A DNA stretch of 35,725 bases from a virus (Duplodnaviria; Caudoviricetes), in the IMG/VR virus record IMGVR_UViG_3300033987_000045, positions 1-35,725 of that record; one strand, 5' to 3'. Positions 24,918 through 34,269 of the stretch are shown one piece after another (position 1 is the stretch's first letter; each line of letters begins with the position of its first letter). Made by a program: the position numbers and the translations under genes. Below the pieces are notes generated by a model. It made no database searches. It saw only the letters and a list, made by a program, of their open reading frames with translations, and had not been told where the DNA came from.

Positions 24918-27674
24918 ATGGCCGAAAGTAATTATAGGATTAGCCTGGTATTACGATTACATGACCGCATGACCGCGGCACTCCAGAAAATAGACGGGGC
25001 TGCCAGCAAGGTTGAGGATAGGGCCAAGAGGCTTGACCGGGTTACGGTCAGCCCTACCGTTCGCCTCATCGACAGGGCGAGCAAAACAATAAGCCGGGTT
25101 GGGGGCGGCCTCCATGCTCTTACCTCTCGGACTTGGAATATGACCATCCGGGCCCGGGACATGGCCAGTGGGGTCATCGGTCGAATTAAAAACAGCCTAT
25201 TCTCCCTTCAGGGAATGTTCGCGGTAGCTCTGGGTGCTTTAGGAGCTAGCAAGTTGTGGGACGCAACAGCAGGTGCAGCTATGATATGGGAAACCCAAGC
25301 GGTGAGCATGGAGCACTGGCTGAAAGGCAACAAGGCCCTAGCCCGAGAGGTCACCGGCTGGCTTGAACGCTTTGCTGCAGCTACACCATTCGAGATGGAG
25401 GACCTTTTTCCTTCCATGACCAGGGCTATCGGTATCAGTGAAGGCGACGTAAAAATGGCCGAACGAATGGTTAAACTGGCGGCAGATATGGCCGGCCTTA
25501 CCCCAGGCAAGACGGTCCAGGATGCTATGGAAGCCCTGGCCGACGCTCAGATGGGTGAGTTCGAGCGCCTAAAGGAATTCCAAATGAAGATGACCCAGGA
25601 GGAATATAAAAAACTAGGCGGATTCGTCGGTTTCTTGGAGGAAGCCGAGAGGCGTTTCGCTGGCGGTGCCGAGAAGTTAAGCCAGACGGCCCTTGGCCGA
25701 CTGTCCACCATCACGGATACGGTTAAGACCTTTTTCCGGCAGACTGGTATCGGTATTCTCGAAGCCATGAAACCACGCCTTGATAGAGTCACAGAGTGGT
25801 TCGGCAAAAATGAGGATACTGTGGAGCGGTGGAAAACATCCCTGATGAGATTCGGGCGCGAAGGTGCCGAGCAAGTGTTTAGCTTTTTTGAGCGTGCCTT
25901 TGCCCGCCTGGGCCGTATCCTGGATGACCCGAAGTTTCAACAACTGGACTTCTGGGGAAAGGTTAAGTTTATAATTGACGACATCTCGGCTGGCATCAAA
26001 GATTGGCTTGATTCCGGTGGACGTGACAAAATTGTTGCTGTTGGACGGGAGATCGGCGGGTTCTTGTTCTCAGGCATTAAGATGGGGGTCACTGAAGCAC
26101 TCAAAGGTCTGGGCAAGTTAAACTTGGAGGCCATTCGGAAACCGACTGCCGAGAATATTGGCAGTGCAGCTCTGGCAGACATTTTGGCAATCAGCGCAGG
26201 TAGCGCATTGCTTAGTCCGGTTTTCCGCCTCGGTGAAGGGGCCATCGGTCTTGGTAGGCGTATCCTGGGACGCGGCGTAGCCGCAGGTGTTGCTGCAGAA
26301 GCAGCGGCGGAAACAGCAGCAACGGCGGCGACAGCAGCTAAAGGCATAAACATTGGCCAGATCCTCCGTGACCTGTTTGTCAATCCGGCCAGCAAGCGGG
26401 CGCTTGAGCCGCTCAAAAGGATAGTAATCCCTGGAACGCCAGAACAGGTATTCCATTACCGCGGATTCTTACCAGGTGGACCGACAGTTGAAGCGTTTAG
26501 AATACCAGGAACGGCTGCAAAGACTGTTGGCGGCGGCTGGGCGCCTTTGCGCTATATCGGCATGTTTGGAAAGGTTGGGGACTTTCTTTCAAGGTGGGCC
26601 CTACCCATTACGCTTGCTACTGGAGCGGCCGAGGTCGCCTTTGCTCGCCCGGAAGACCGGCTGCAGACAGGCCTGAAAGTTGGTGGCCGTATTGCAGGTG
26701 GGATGGCCGGAGCATCTCTTGGAGCAAAGGCAGGGGCTGCCATAGGAACATTCTTCGGGCCAGGTATAGGAACGGCTATCGGTGGAGCTATAGGCGGCCT
26801 GGGCGGTGGCATACTCGGCGCCTTAGGTGGCGAGGCTATAATACAGCGGCTCTCCGGCATGCTGGATATGGTTGATTTTAGCTCCCTGAAAGAAAAGGCA
26901 ATTTCGTGGATTAAAGAATTGCCTGGGGAGGTTGCTGAACACCTCGGATATATTGCGGGTTACGCAGTCGAAAAACTGAGCCAACTTCCTGGAGTGTTCA
27001 GCGAGTGGTTCCAGCAGGCAAAAGACAGCGCTATTCAATGGATTATGGGACTACCTGACCAAATTGCTGGTTTTGTCGAAAGCATACCTGGTAGGGTGTC
27101 TGCTGCCATAGAAAGTGTGAAAGATGCCTTTTTGTCGCTAGGTAAAGCTATTCCTGAAGCCATAGTAGGAGGGTTTAACTGGGCCAAGGAACGCATAGGC
27201 GCTGCTGGTCAGTGGATTATCGATAAAGCTATGGCCGGTGTCGAAGCGGCCAAGAGCCTGGGCAAACGTCTGGTAGAGGGGTTCGAAGCAGGACGGCAAG
27301 CTGCCAAGGAACCTGTAACAGCCCACGCACTGGGTGGCATCCTCACCAGGCCCCATCTGGGTCTGGTAGCTGAAGCCGGCCCAGAGGCGGTTATTCCCCT
27401 CTCTGCTCGTTTACGACCGCGGGCTCTGGAGCTGTGGAGGGAAACCGGACGCAGGTTGGGTGTGCAGCAGTTCGAATTCGGCGGGTTTACGGCTCCGGTG
27501 GCTGTAGCTGGTGGAGGCTTAGGTGCGCCTACGGTCAACCTGAACTTTGACCTTGCTGGGCTGGTTGGGCAGATTACGGTTCAAGGGCGAGACGACCTTG
27601 AGCAAGCTGCTGACCAAATCGCAGCCGTCATCGCGACGAAATTAAAGGCCATTTTCTACAATTTGCCCGGTTAG
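24918..27674 (+). CDS. Tape measure protein
   Basis: AAAGGAGGTG RBS; FAAATPFE, GEFERLKEF motifs; Gly/Ala-rich hydrophobic segment; C-terminal HALGGI..LVAEAGPEAVIPL. Confidence 0.92.
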   Translation: MAESNYRISLVLRLHDRMTAALQKIDGAASKVEDRAKRLDRVTVSPTVRLIDRASKTISRVGGGLHALTSRTWNMTIRARDMASGVIGRIKNSLFSLQGMFAVALGALGASKLWDATAGAAMIWETQAVSMEHWLKGNKALAREVTGWLERFAAATPFEMEDLFPSMTRAIGISEGDVKMAERMVKLAADMAGLTPGKTVQDAMEALADAQMGEFERLKEFQMKMTQEEYKKLGGFVGFLEEAERRFAGGAEKLSQTALGRLSTITDTVKTFFRQTGIGILEAMKPRLDRVTEWFGKNEDTVERWKTSLMRFGREGAEQVFSFFERAFARLGRILDDPKFQQLDFWGKVKFIIDDISAGIKDWLDSGGRDKIVAVGREIGGFLFSGIKMGVTEALKGLGKLNLEAIRKPTAENIGSAALADILAISAGSALLSPVFRLGEGAIGLGRRILGRGVAAGVAAEAAAETAATAATAAKGINIGQILRDLFVNPASKRALEPLKRIVIPGTPEQVFHYRGFLPGGPTVEAFRIPGTAAKTVGGGWAPLRYIGMFGKVGDFLSRWALPITLATGAAEVAFARPEDRLQTGLKVGGRIAGGMAGASLGAKAGAAIGTFFGPGIGTAIGGAIGGLGGGILGALGGEAIIQRLSGMLDMVDFSSLKEKAISWIKELPGEVAEHLGYIAGYAVEKLSQLPGVFSEWFQQAKDSAIQWIMGLPDQIAGFVESIPGRVSAAIESVKDAFLSLGKAIPEAIVGGFNWAKERIGAAGQWIIDKAMAGVEAAKSLGKRLVEGFEAGRQAAKEPVTAHALGGILTRPHLGLVAEAGPEAVIPLSARLRPRALELWRETGRRLGVQQFEFGGFTAPVAVAGGGLGAPTVNLNFDLAGLVGQITVQGRDDLEQAADQIAAVIATKLKAIFYNLPG

Positions 27675-27675
27675 T

Positions 27676-27702
27676 AGGATTTTCCTGCTCAAATGGCGAA
27701 AT
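27676..27702 (+). promoter_or_regulatory. Sigma-H-like promoter of the moron
   Basis: AGGATTT-N12-GGCGAAAT is close to the Bacillota sigma-H consensus (AGGA...GAAT) and sits in the gap before the moron. Confidence 0.55.
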
Positions 27703-27733
27703 GTAGCATAATTAATTAGTGGAGGTGTGCTAC

Positions 27734-28438
27734 ATGGCTGTATTAGCAGGATTGCTTACGCTTTTAGGTATGGCTGGGGCAGCCGTTGCCCTGGTCATGC
27801 TGATTGTTCAGTTTATCTTTAAGCGGGGATGGGCCAAGAAAAGAATTTGGACGGTGGGGGCTGTCTCTCTGGCCCTATTCGTGGTCGGTATGGTAATGGG
27901 GGTTTCGTCGGTACCCGAGGGATATGAAGCTGGTCGACAAGCGGCGCAGAACGAAACGGCGGTTAACAAAGTTTCTACGCCAAATCCAGAGAAAGAACAA
28001 CCGCCATCCCCGCCCCCTTCTTCTGATAAATTAACGGAAACTACGGAAGCCACAGCGCCAGCGAAGTCTCTGCAAGATCAACAAGAGCAAAAAACAGAAG
28101 CAGCCCAAGCAGTCAAAAATAAAACCGAGGACATGCTAAAAAACATCGTAGTGACCGTTGAAACTCAAGAGGTTTACGACTCTAAAGACAGGCAAAAAGC
28201 GGTTGTTTGGGTAGTTAACAAAACTGACCATATATTCAGTGGCCAGTTGGATATTATGGTCAAAAGTGGAGAATTTAGCCGTGGCGCAGAGTTGTTTACG
28301 ATAACAGATCTTAAACCTGGGCTGCGAACATGGGGCATTATGTGGTTACGTACATCATTCATGGGAGCGGACACAGGACGCGGGGCCGAACCAAAAGTAA
28401 CATGGTCAAATGTCGAGTTTAAACAGCCCCAAGAGTAG
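27734..28438 (+). CDS. Moron: membrane-anchored protein (2 TM helices, P/E/T-rich linker, beta-rich C-terminal domain)
   Basis: GGAGGTG RBS before ATG 27734; interrupts the usual tape measure-XkdP adjacency; visibly more A/T-rich than neighbours. Confidence 0.8.
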   Translation: MAVLAGLLTLLGMAGAAVALVMLIVQFIFKRGWAKKRIWTVGAVSLALFVVGMVMGVSSVPEGYEAGRQAAQNETAVNKVSTPNPEKEQPPSPPPSSDKLTETTEATAPAKSLQDQQEQKTEAAQAVKNKTEDMLKNIVVTVETQEVYDSKDRQKAVVWVVNKTDHIFSGQLDIMVKSGEFSRGAELFTITDLKPGLRTWGIMWLRTSFMGADTGRGAEPKVTWSNVEFKQPQE

Positions 28439-28447
28439 GTGATGCAT

Positions 28448-29083
28448 ATGGATTTTTACATCCTGTCTCCCGACGGCCAAGACCTCCACTTTCCGGTTAA
28501 CCCGTCGGAGGTCACGGTTGAGGGAGCAAAGAAAATTGAGACGGTTTCAATTATCAACATCGGCGATGTTGATTTCCCCGTAGGCGATGAGCTGACGGGG
28601 ATTTCTTTTAGTTCGTTTTTCCCCCGGGATTATGACCCAAGCTATTGCCAGTACGCGGGAATTCCAAGCCCAGAGGAAGCTGTGAAGCGCCTTATTACAT
28701 TGCGGACAGCCGGGAAACCGGTTCGTCTTCTGATCACGGAAACATCGATAAACACACTGGTCCTCATTACCCGTGTTGTGCATCGTTATGTAGGTGGAGA
28801 GCCCGGAGATATCTATTTTGAGCTAGCCATGCGGCAGTGGCGCGAGGTAAAGGTCAGGAGCATTACCCAGGTAGCGCCAACCGCGCCGCCCAGGCCGAGG
28901 CCGGACACCAAGCCGGCTCCAAAAATATATGTGGTTAAGCCGGGAGATAGTCTTTGGAAGATTGCCAAACTCCAGCTCGGGAATGGGGCACGATGGCAGG
29001 ATATTTACGCTACAAACAAAGGGGTTATAGGCCCTAATCCAAACCTGATCTACCCAGGGCAAAAGCTGGTGATGCCCGCATGA
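28448..29083 (+). CDS. xkdP: XkdP-like LysM tail tube initiator
   Basis: FPVNPSE, ISFSSFFP, GEPGDIYF; C-terminal LysM YVVKPGDSLWKIA..NPNLIYPGQKL. Confidence 0.9.
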   Translation: MDFYILSPDGQDLHFPVNPSEVTVEGAKKIETVSIINIGDVDFPVGDELTGISFSSFFPRDYDPSYCQYAGIPSPEEAVKRLITLRTAGKPVRLLITETSINTLVLITRVVHRYVGGEPGDIYFELAMRQWREVKVRSITQVAPTAPPRPRPDTKPAPKIYVVKPGDSLWKIAKLQLGNGARWQDIYATNKGVIGPNPNLIYPGQKLVMPA

Positions 29084-30078
29084 TTACCCCTGGCCTAATA
29101 ACTTATGATGTAGTTCTTGCAGATAAATGGTCGCTGAAGGAGATTGTAGAGAGTATTTCTATCGAGGAAAGTCTGGACGAGATAGCAGCGAGGGCCACAG
29201 TTGTGATAGCAGTTACTCCAGATTTTCCGGGCATTGCTCCGGGTCAGGCCATGCGCGTGAGCGGCGTACCCTTCGGTGGTAATACTATGGCGGTATTGTT
29301 GGACGGAGTGATATGGGAATGTGACTCGGTCACTCGAGGGCAAAAGCACCTTACGGCCACCGTATATGACCGAAGCATTTATTTAGCCCGAAGCGAGGAC
29401 GAATACCTATTCCCTGCTGGGCAGACGGCTACTCAGAGACTGAAACGATACGCTGCAGACTGGGGTATCCCTTTGGGCCAGGTAGCAGACACCGGTGTCA
29501 TCCTTGCGAAGGCTGTTTACAGGGCGCAACCCATTTACAATATGTTACTCGCCGACTTACGGGAGACTGTAAATAAGGGTGGCGGGATGTTTCGACCCAG
29601 AATGGTCGGCACCACCCTAGACCTGGTGACTCTGGGGAGCAACCGGACAGTATGGGTCCTGGAAGCCAATCAGAGCGTCGAAGAAATCAATCAGCATCGT
29701 AGCTTAGAAGGGGCCGTCACGCAAGTGAAGGTCCTTGGAGCTGCACCAGAGGAAGGCCGTTCACCTGTCCTCGCGTTGGAAAAAGGCGAGACTGCCAAGT
29801 ACGGCACTCTTCAGCGTGTTATCCAGGACCCGAAAATCACCACTGCCGCAGCTGCAAAGGCAGCGGCCAAAGAAATGCTGGTGGGCGCCCAGGAAACCAT
29901 CACGGTCACAGCTTTGGACATAAATACCATTCGCGCCGGCGACAAGGTCCAACTCAATGGCATGGACCTCCTGGTCGCGTCAGTTCGGCATAACCTTGGA
30001 AGTCCTGGACACATGACCTTAGAATTGGCAGCGGAAAGCTACATAAGGAGGCGGTATTATGCCAAGGGACCCGTATAA
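29080..30078 (+). CDS. xkdQ: XkdQ-like baseplate hub protein
   Basis: Synteny; YD..IYL..SED, TQVKVLG, KYGTLQ, IRAGD motifs. Confidence 0.82.
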   Translation: MITPGLITYDVVLADKWSLKEIVESISIEESLDEIAARATVVIAVTPDFPGIAPGQAMRVSGVPFGGNTMAVLLDGVIWECDSVTRGQKHLTATVYDRSIYLARSEDEYLFPAGQTATQRLKRYAADWGIPLGQVADTGVILAKAVYRAQPIYNMLLADLRETVNKGGGMFRPRMVGTTLDLVTLGSNRTVWVLEANQSVEEINQHRSLEGAVTQVKVLGAAPEEGRSPVLALEKGETAKYGTLQRVIQDPKITTAAAAKAAAKEMLVGAQETITVTALDINTIRAGDKVQLNGMDLLVASVRHNLGSPGHMTLELAAESYIRRRYYAKGPV

Positions 30079-30496
30079 GGAACTTGCTGGGCTTATCGAG
30101 CAGCGGGCCGCTGGTCACGCGGGCCGGGTTGCCTCTACCCTGCCAGCTGAGCTTGGCACCATCACCCAAACCATGGCCCTGAAACTTGACCGCTTCCGTC
30201 ACGAGATACAGGATTATCTTGTGGCCGACTGGGAGTTAAAAATCGAACTTCCACAGGCCTCGAGGGTGATAAAAACAGCGGCCCCAGTCAACCCAGACGG
30301 TAGCGATGTCCCAGGAAGCACCCAATATTCAAGTCTTAGCAGGCTGGATTTCAATGTGCAAGGTATGGGCGATCCGGCCGCCACGGTAAAGGTCCACCTC
30401 AACATGAAAGCTGGCCTTAAACCTGGTGACCGGGTGCTGGTTCTCCCGGTGAACGGAGGGCAGGATTTTGTAGTGTTGTGCAAGGTGGTGAGTTAA
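30059..30496 (+). CDS. XkdR-like baseplate/spike protein
   Basis: ELGTI and GLKPGDRVLVL..GQDFVVLCKV; position after the hub gene. Confidence 0.75.
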   Translation: MPRDPYKELAGLIEQRAAGHAGRVASTLPAELGTITQTMALKLDRFRHEIQDYLVADWELKIELPQASRVIKTAAPVNPDGSDVPGSTQYSSLSRLDFNVQGMGDPAATVKVHLNMKAGLKPGDRVLVLPVNGGQDFVVLCKVVS

Positions 30497-30949
30497 ATGC
30501 CATCTCTTTTTCCAACTGAACAGGTAACAGCGGCTCCAGAGGAAACACAGACCAGCCAAGTCAAATATGGCAGGTCTTTTATCTTTGATTTTGAACAAGG
30601 GGATTTTGTTCTCTCCCCTACAGGCAAGGTGGTGGAAGCAGATGGCGTTGAGGCCTATCGCCAGTGGGCACATAAAACCCTACTTACCCCACGGTACCGT
30701 CATCCCATTTACTCGCGAAATTATGGGCAGGAATTTGAGGACCTTTTGCGTCGCAATCTTACTCGGGCTGGGAACGAAAGCGAGATTAAGAGGATGGTTA
30801 CCGAGGCGCTCATGGTTGACCATCGCACAGCCTCCGTAGGGGATTTTACATTTGATTGGCAGGAGGACACAGTTTATTTCACCTGCACGGTCACGACGGC
30901 TCAGGGTGAGCAGGTGCAAGTCTCCGGCCAAGTGCAGGGGGTGAGCTAA
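30497..30949 (+). CDS. xkdS: XkdS-like (gp25-like) baseplate wedge protein
   Basis: FDFEQGDF, QWAHKTLLTPRYRHPIYSRNYGQE, ESEIKRMVTEAL. Confidence 0.85.
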   Translation: MPSLFPTEQVTAAPEETQTSQVKYGRSFIFDFEQGDFVLSPTGKVVEADGVEAYRQWAHKTLLTPRYRHPIYSRNYGQEFEDLLRRNLTRAGNESEIKRMVTEALMVDHRTASVGDFTFDWQEDTVYFTCTVTTAQGEQVQVSGQVQGVS

Positions 30950-32062
30950 TTGGCTGACATTGTGTTACCTGATTTTCTTCAGGATGAGACTGAAGAACAG
31001 ATTATGGCCAGAATGATTGCGCGTTTGCCGTCAGACCTGGATGTGTCAGAAGGCTCTTATCTTTGGGATGCTCTAGCGCCAGTTGCGGCAGAGATTGTCC
31101 AGATGAAGATGGAGGCTAGGGAGATCCTCAAGCGGGCATTTATACAGTTTAGTTACGGTGAGTATGTGGATGCCCGGGTTGCCGACCGTGGGATAACGCG
31201 AAAACCGGCGGTCAAAGCAACAGGCCAGGTGCAGGTGACGGGTACGCCGGCCACGGTCATTCCGGCGGGAACTGTGTTTTCAACTACCGCTAACCTAGTT
31301 ACGGGAACGGCAGCCGTAGAGTTTATTTCAACTGCCCAGGTCACCATCGGGGCTGACGGAACGACATTGGTGGACATTGAAGCGGTCGAACCAGGTCCGG
31401 AGGGGAATGTCCCAGCGGGAGCAATTAATCAGCTTGTGGTTCCTATCGCAGGCGTGACGGCAGTGACTAACCTCCAGGCCACCAGCGGCGGTGCATCAGA
31501 AGAAAGCGATGAGGCACTGATTGCTCGCTATCTTGAGCAGGTCCAGCGGCCACCTGACACCGGCAACAAGAATGACTATATTCGCTGGGCCAAAGAGGTC
31601 CCTGGGGTGGGCGACGCTATCTGCATACCGCTTTGGGATGGTCCAGGAACAGTGAAAGTGGTAATTGTGGACAGCACCGGCGCACCTGCAAATTCGGCCC
31701 TGGTCGAGCAGGTGCAGAACTACATTTCACCTGCCCCAGGAACTGGCGAAGGCCGAGCACCAATAGGTGCAAGTGTAACGGTGACAGCGCCGACAACGGT
31801 GGCTATAGATGTTAGCGCTACTCTGTCCTATGCTGCGGGCTATGACCCGGCATCCGTTCGAGCTGAAGTAGAGGCTGCTATCGATACCTTAATCAAGGGA
31901 TTAAGAATTGGTGAAGATGTCCGCTATGCGGCCATCGCTAATGCAATATTTGATACCCCGGGCGTTGCGGATTACTCCAACCTATTGGTAAATGGAGGAA
32001 CGAGCAACGTAGCAATCGCCGAAGATGCTAAAGCGGTTAAAGGGGTGGTGAACTTGACGTGA
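30950..32062 (+). CDS. xkdT: Baseplate J-like protein (XkdT)
   Basis: TTG start; EGSYLWDALAP, GGASEESDEAL, GNKNDYIRWAKEVPGVG, PLWDGPGTVKV, APIGA. Confidence 0.92.
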   Translation: MADIVLPDFLQDETEEQIMARMIARLPSDLDVSEGSYLWDALAPVAAEIVQMKMEAREILKRAFIQFSYGEYVDARVADRGITRKPAVKATGQVQVTGTPATVIPAGTVFSTTANLVTGTAAVEFISTAQVTIGADGTTLVDIEAVEPGPEGNVPAGAINQLVVPIAGVTAVTNLQATSGGASEESDEALIARYLEQVQRPPDTGNKNDYIRWAKEVPGVGDAICIPLWDGPGTVKVVIVDSTGAPANSALVEQVQNYISPAPGTGEGRAPIGASVTVTAPTTVAIDVSATLSYAAGYDPASVRAEVEAAIDTLIKGLRIGEDVRYAAIANAIFDTPGVADYSNLLVNGGTSNVAIAEDAKAVKGVVNLT

Positions 32063-33138
32063 TCACTTCTAACCACGGCAAAGAAATGATGAATAATTCG
32101 CCCAGGTATTATCAGACCAGCCGGGTCTTTCAGGCCCACGTAGAGGCTAAGGGCATTGAGCTGGATAACCTGGACGCCATAATGAACGACATCGAGGCCC
32201 AGTTCTCCGCATCTACTGCAACCTGGGGACTTCGGTACTGGGAGGAAATGTGCGGTCTGCCTGTTAACGAACAGGAACCGCTTGAAAACCGCAGAGCCAG
32301 GGTGTTGGCAAAGTTAAGGAGCTTCCCTTCTGCCAGACACTACGACATACTCAATGTCATTAAATCCTTTGTAAAATCGGGCAGAGTCGATTTAGCTGTT
32401 TATCCTGGTGAGTATCGGTTCGTTGCTATCTTAGCGTCAGAGGCTGAGGCTAATGTGCCCGGAATTCTGGCGGCCATCGAGGAAGCGAGGCCAGCGCACC
32501 TGGCATTTAGCCTAATTCTCGCTATTCTATCACGATATGTGGTAACCCATGAACGCAGGGTAACCTGGCATGTGCCGGTCATGTCCGGGATGCCCTCCAA
32601 CATACGAAGGCTGGATAAGTATCGCCGTAATATAAACGGCGGTTTCAGGTTAAACAGCACGGTCACTCTTGCGCCAATCCCTGGCCTATCGGGAGTGACC
32701 TTGTTGGATGGACAAATCAAACATTCAGCCCGTTATAACTTTCAGTCGCAACGTCAGATGGGCGAAGTAAGAACCCTGGGCGTACCTCCAGACTATCTGG
32801 ATTCACGCTATAGGTTAGATGGTCGATTCAAACTTGACTATCAGGTCCAGGACACCAGGTGGTTTTTGGATGGAACTACATCAATAGGCTATATGGGGGC
32901 ATTAACGGGCGGCCTCTCTTTAAATGGCGCATGGTCGCTGAACTTCGCAAGGCGATTGGATGGTGAAATTGTAATAAAGCCACGTCATTTCCTTGTTGGT
33001 TTTGGGGATGCGCCCCTTCAAACCGAACACCGACAGCTTAATGGGTCGTGGAATATAGGAAATACTCTGGTCACCCATCGTCTGGCATGGGTCAAATGGC
33101 GTGATGGATTGGTAATTGAAAGGGGGTTGGCAAGTTGA
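32059..33138 (+). CDS. XkdU-like baseplate protein with repetitive C-terminal extension
   Basis: TATWGLRYWE..RRARVLAKLR..RPAHL, then about 200 aa with recurring L(D/N)G.(F/W).L motifs. Confidence 0.8.
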   Translation: MITSNHGKEMMNNSPRYYQTSRVFQAHVEAKGIELDNLDAIMNDIEAQFSASTATWGLRYWEEMCGLPVNEQEPLENRRARVLAKLRSFPSARHYDILNVIKSFVKSGRVDLAVYPGEYRFVAILASEAEANVPGILAAIEEARPAHLAFSLILAILSRYVVTHERRVTWHVPVMSGMPSNIRRLDKYRRNINGGFRLNSTVTLAPIPGLSGVTLLDGQIKHSARYNFQSQRQMGEVRTLGVPPDYLDSRYRLDGRFKLDYQVQDTRWFLDGTTSIGYMGALTGGLSLNGAWSLNFARRLDGEIVIKPRHFLVGFGDAPLQTEHRQLNGSWNIGNTLVTHRLAWVKWRDGLVIERGLAS

Positions 33139-33500
33139 ATGTTGTAACCACAGTATACGGCCGAGAGGCAATGGCAAAGGCTCACGCTGGCGACGCGTCC
33201 CTGCCAAAGATAACTCATATTGCCTTTGGCGTTGGGGGTGGAGCTGGGGTAACTCCCAATCCAAATGCCACTGCTTTGACATCAGAGATTATTAGAAAGC
33301 CGGTGGCCAGCCATTCATATCCAACGTCCACCACGGTCCGTTACCATGTAGACCTTACTGGTGATGAGATCGGTGGCGCAGGGATAAATGAAGCTGCACT
33401 TATTGATGCGACCGGCAAAGCAGTAGCCATCCAGACTTTCGGAACTAAAACTATCGAGCCTGGCGAAACCGTCGGTTTCGATTGGGATGAAGAATTTTAA
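33135..33500 (+). CDS. Tail-fibre N-terminal/collar-like protein
   Basis: TTG start; T.YGR..MA, HIAFGVG, TALTSEI.R, INEAALID pattern of fibre-attachment domains. Confidence 0.7.
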   Translation: MNVVTTVYGREAMAKAHAGDASLPKITHIAFGVGGGAGVTPNPNATALTSEIIRKPVASHSYPTSTTVRYHVDLTGDEIGGAGINEAALIDATGKAVAIQTFGTKTIEPGETVGFDWDEEF

Positions 33501-33516
33501 GGAGGTGTAATTCCTT

Positions 33517-33882
33517 ATGGCTACTTTAATAGGCATACCAGTTTATAAGAACAACGTAAGGAAACTGGAACCTACTGACCCGGCGGCTCCAGAAACCTGG
33601 GACCCTATCCACCAGGACCTGATTAACAATGACGTCTATCTTAAGCAACAGATTGACAGCATTCAAATTCAGACGTCCCAAGGCGAGGCCAATTTTGCTT
33701 CTACCAACGGGGTAACTATCACCCATAACCTTGGGAACACAAATTATATGGTGAACATTGTCCCCCTGGCCGATACCGGCGGCGACCTTGGAGACGTGTT
33801 TATTTCCAAGGCAGCCAATGCCTTCACGGTCTACAATACCGGGGGCTTTACAGGTTCATTCCGTTGGCAAATAGCCAGTTAG
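33517..33882 (+). CDS. Tail fibre-associated protein
   Basis: AAGGAGG RBS; LINNDVYLK and ITHNLG motifs. Confidence 0.7.
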   Translation: MATLIGIPVYKNNVRKLEPTDPAAPETWDPIHQDLINNDVYLKQQIDSIQIQTSQGEANFASTNGVTITHNLGNTNYMVNIVPLADTGGDLGDVFISKAANAFTVYNTGGFTGSFRWQIAS

Positions 33883-33891
33883 GAGGTGTTT

Positions 33892-34269
33892 ATGATGGCA
33901 ATTATTCAACAAAACCCAGAAAAACCAAACGGAGTTATTAGCATTGACCAAGCTAATCCTGCATGCCTGTCTATATCCCCATTCTCTTTCCCGGACGGAA
34001 ACTGTTTCGGGGGAACGATTGACTTGACCGAATTCCAGGGCGGACCTGCCAGGGTATACCTGGACAAGAACGGCAGCTTGTCGACCGACCTTTATCGCGA
34101 CCACTACTGGCTTTTGGCCGAGTGCGTCCTGCCGGAGCGCCAGTTCGACCAGCAAGAAACGGGTATGGTAGACGAGCAAGGTCAGCCGGTGACCATGATT
34201 GTGGAGCGACCGCTGGACCTTAATAACATCGATATTACAGCATTTCCTCTTCCGGAGGTGGTGGAATAA
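33892..34269 (+). CDS. Hypothetical tail fibre-region protein
   Basis: AGGAGGTG RBS before ATG 33892; stop abuts the next start. Confidence 0.65.
   Translation: MMAIIQQNPEKPNGVISIDQANPACLSISPFSFPDGNCFGGTIDLTEFQGGPARVYLDKNGSLSTDLYRDHYWLLAECVLPERQFDQQETGMVDEQGQPVTMIVERPLDLNNIDITAFPLPEVVE

Noticed and set aside
22406-33138. Xkd-like tail as a tailocin or PBSX-type defective particle
   Set aside because: Replication, terminase, portal, protease and capsid genes are all present and appear intact.
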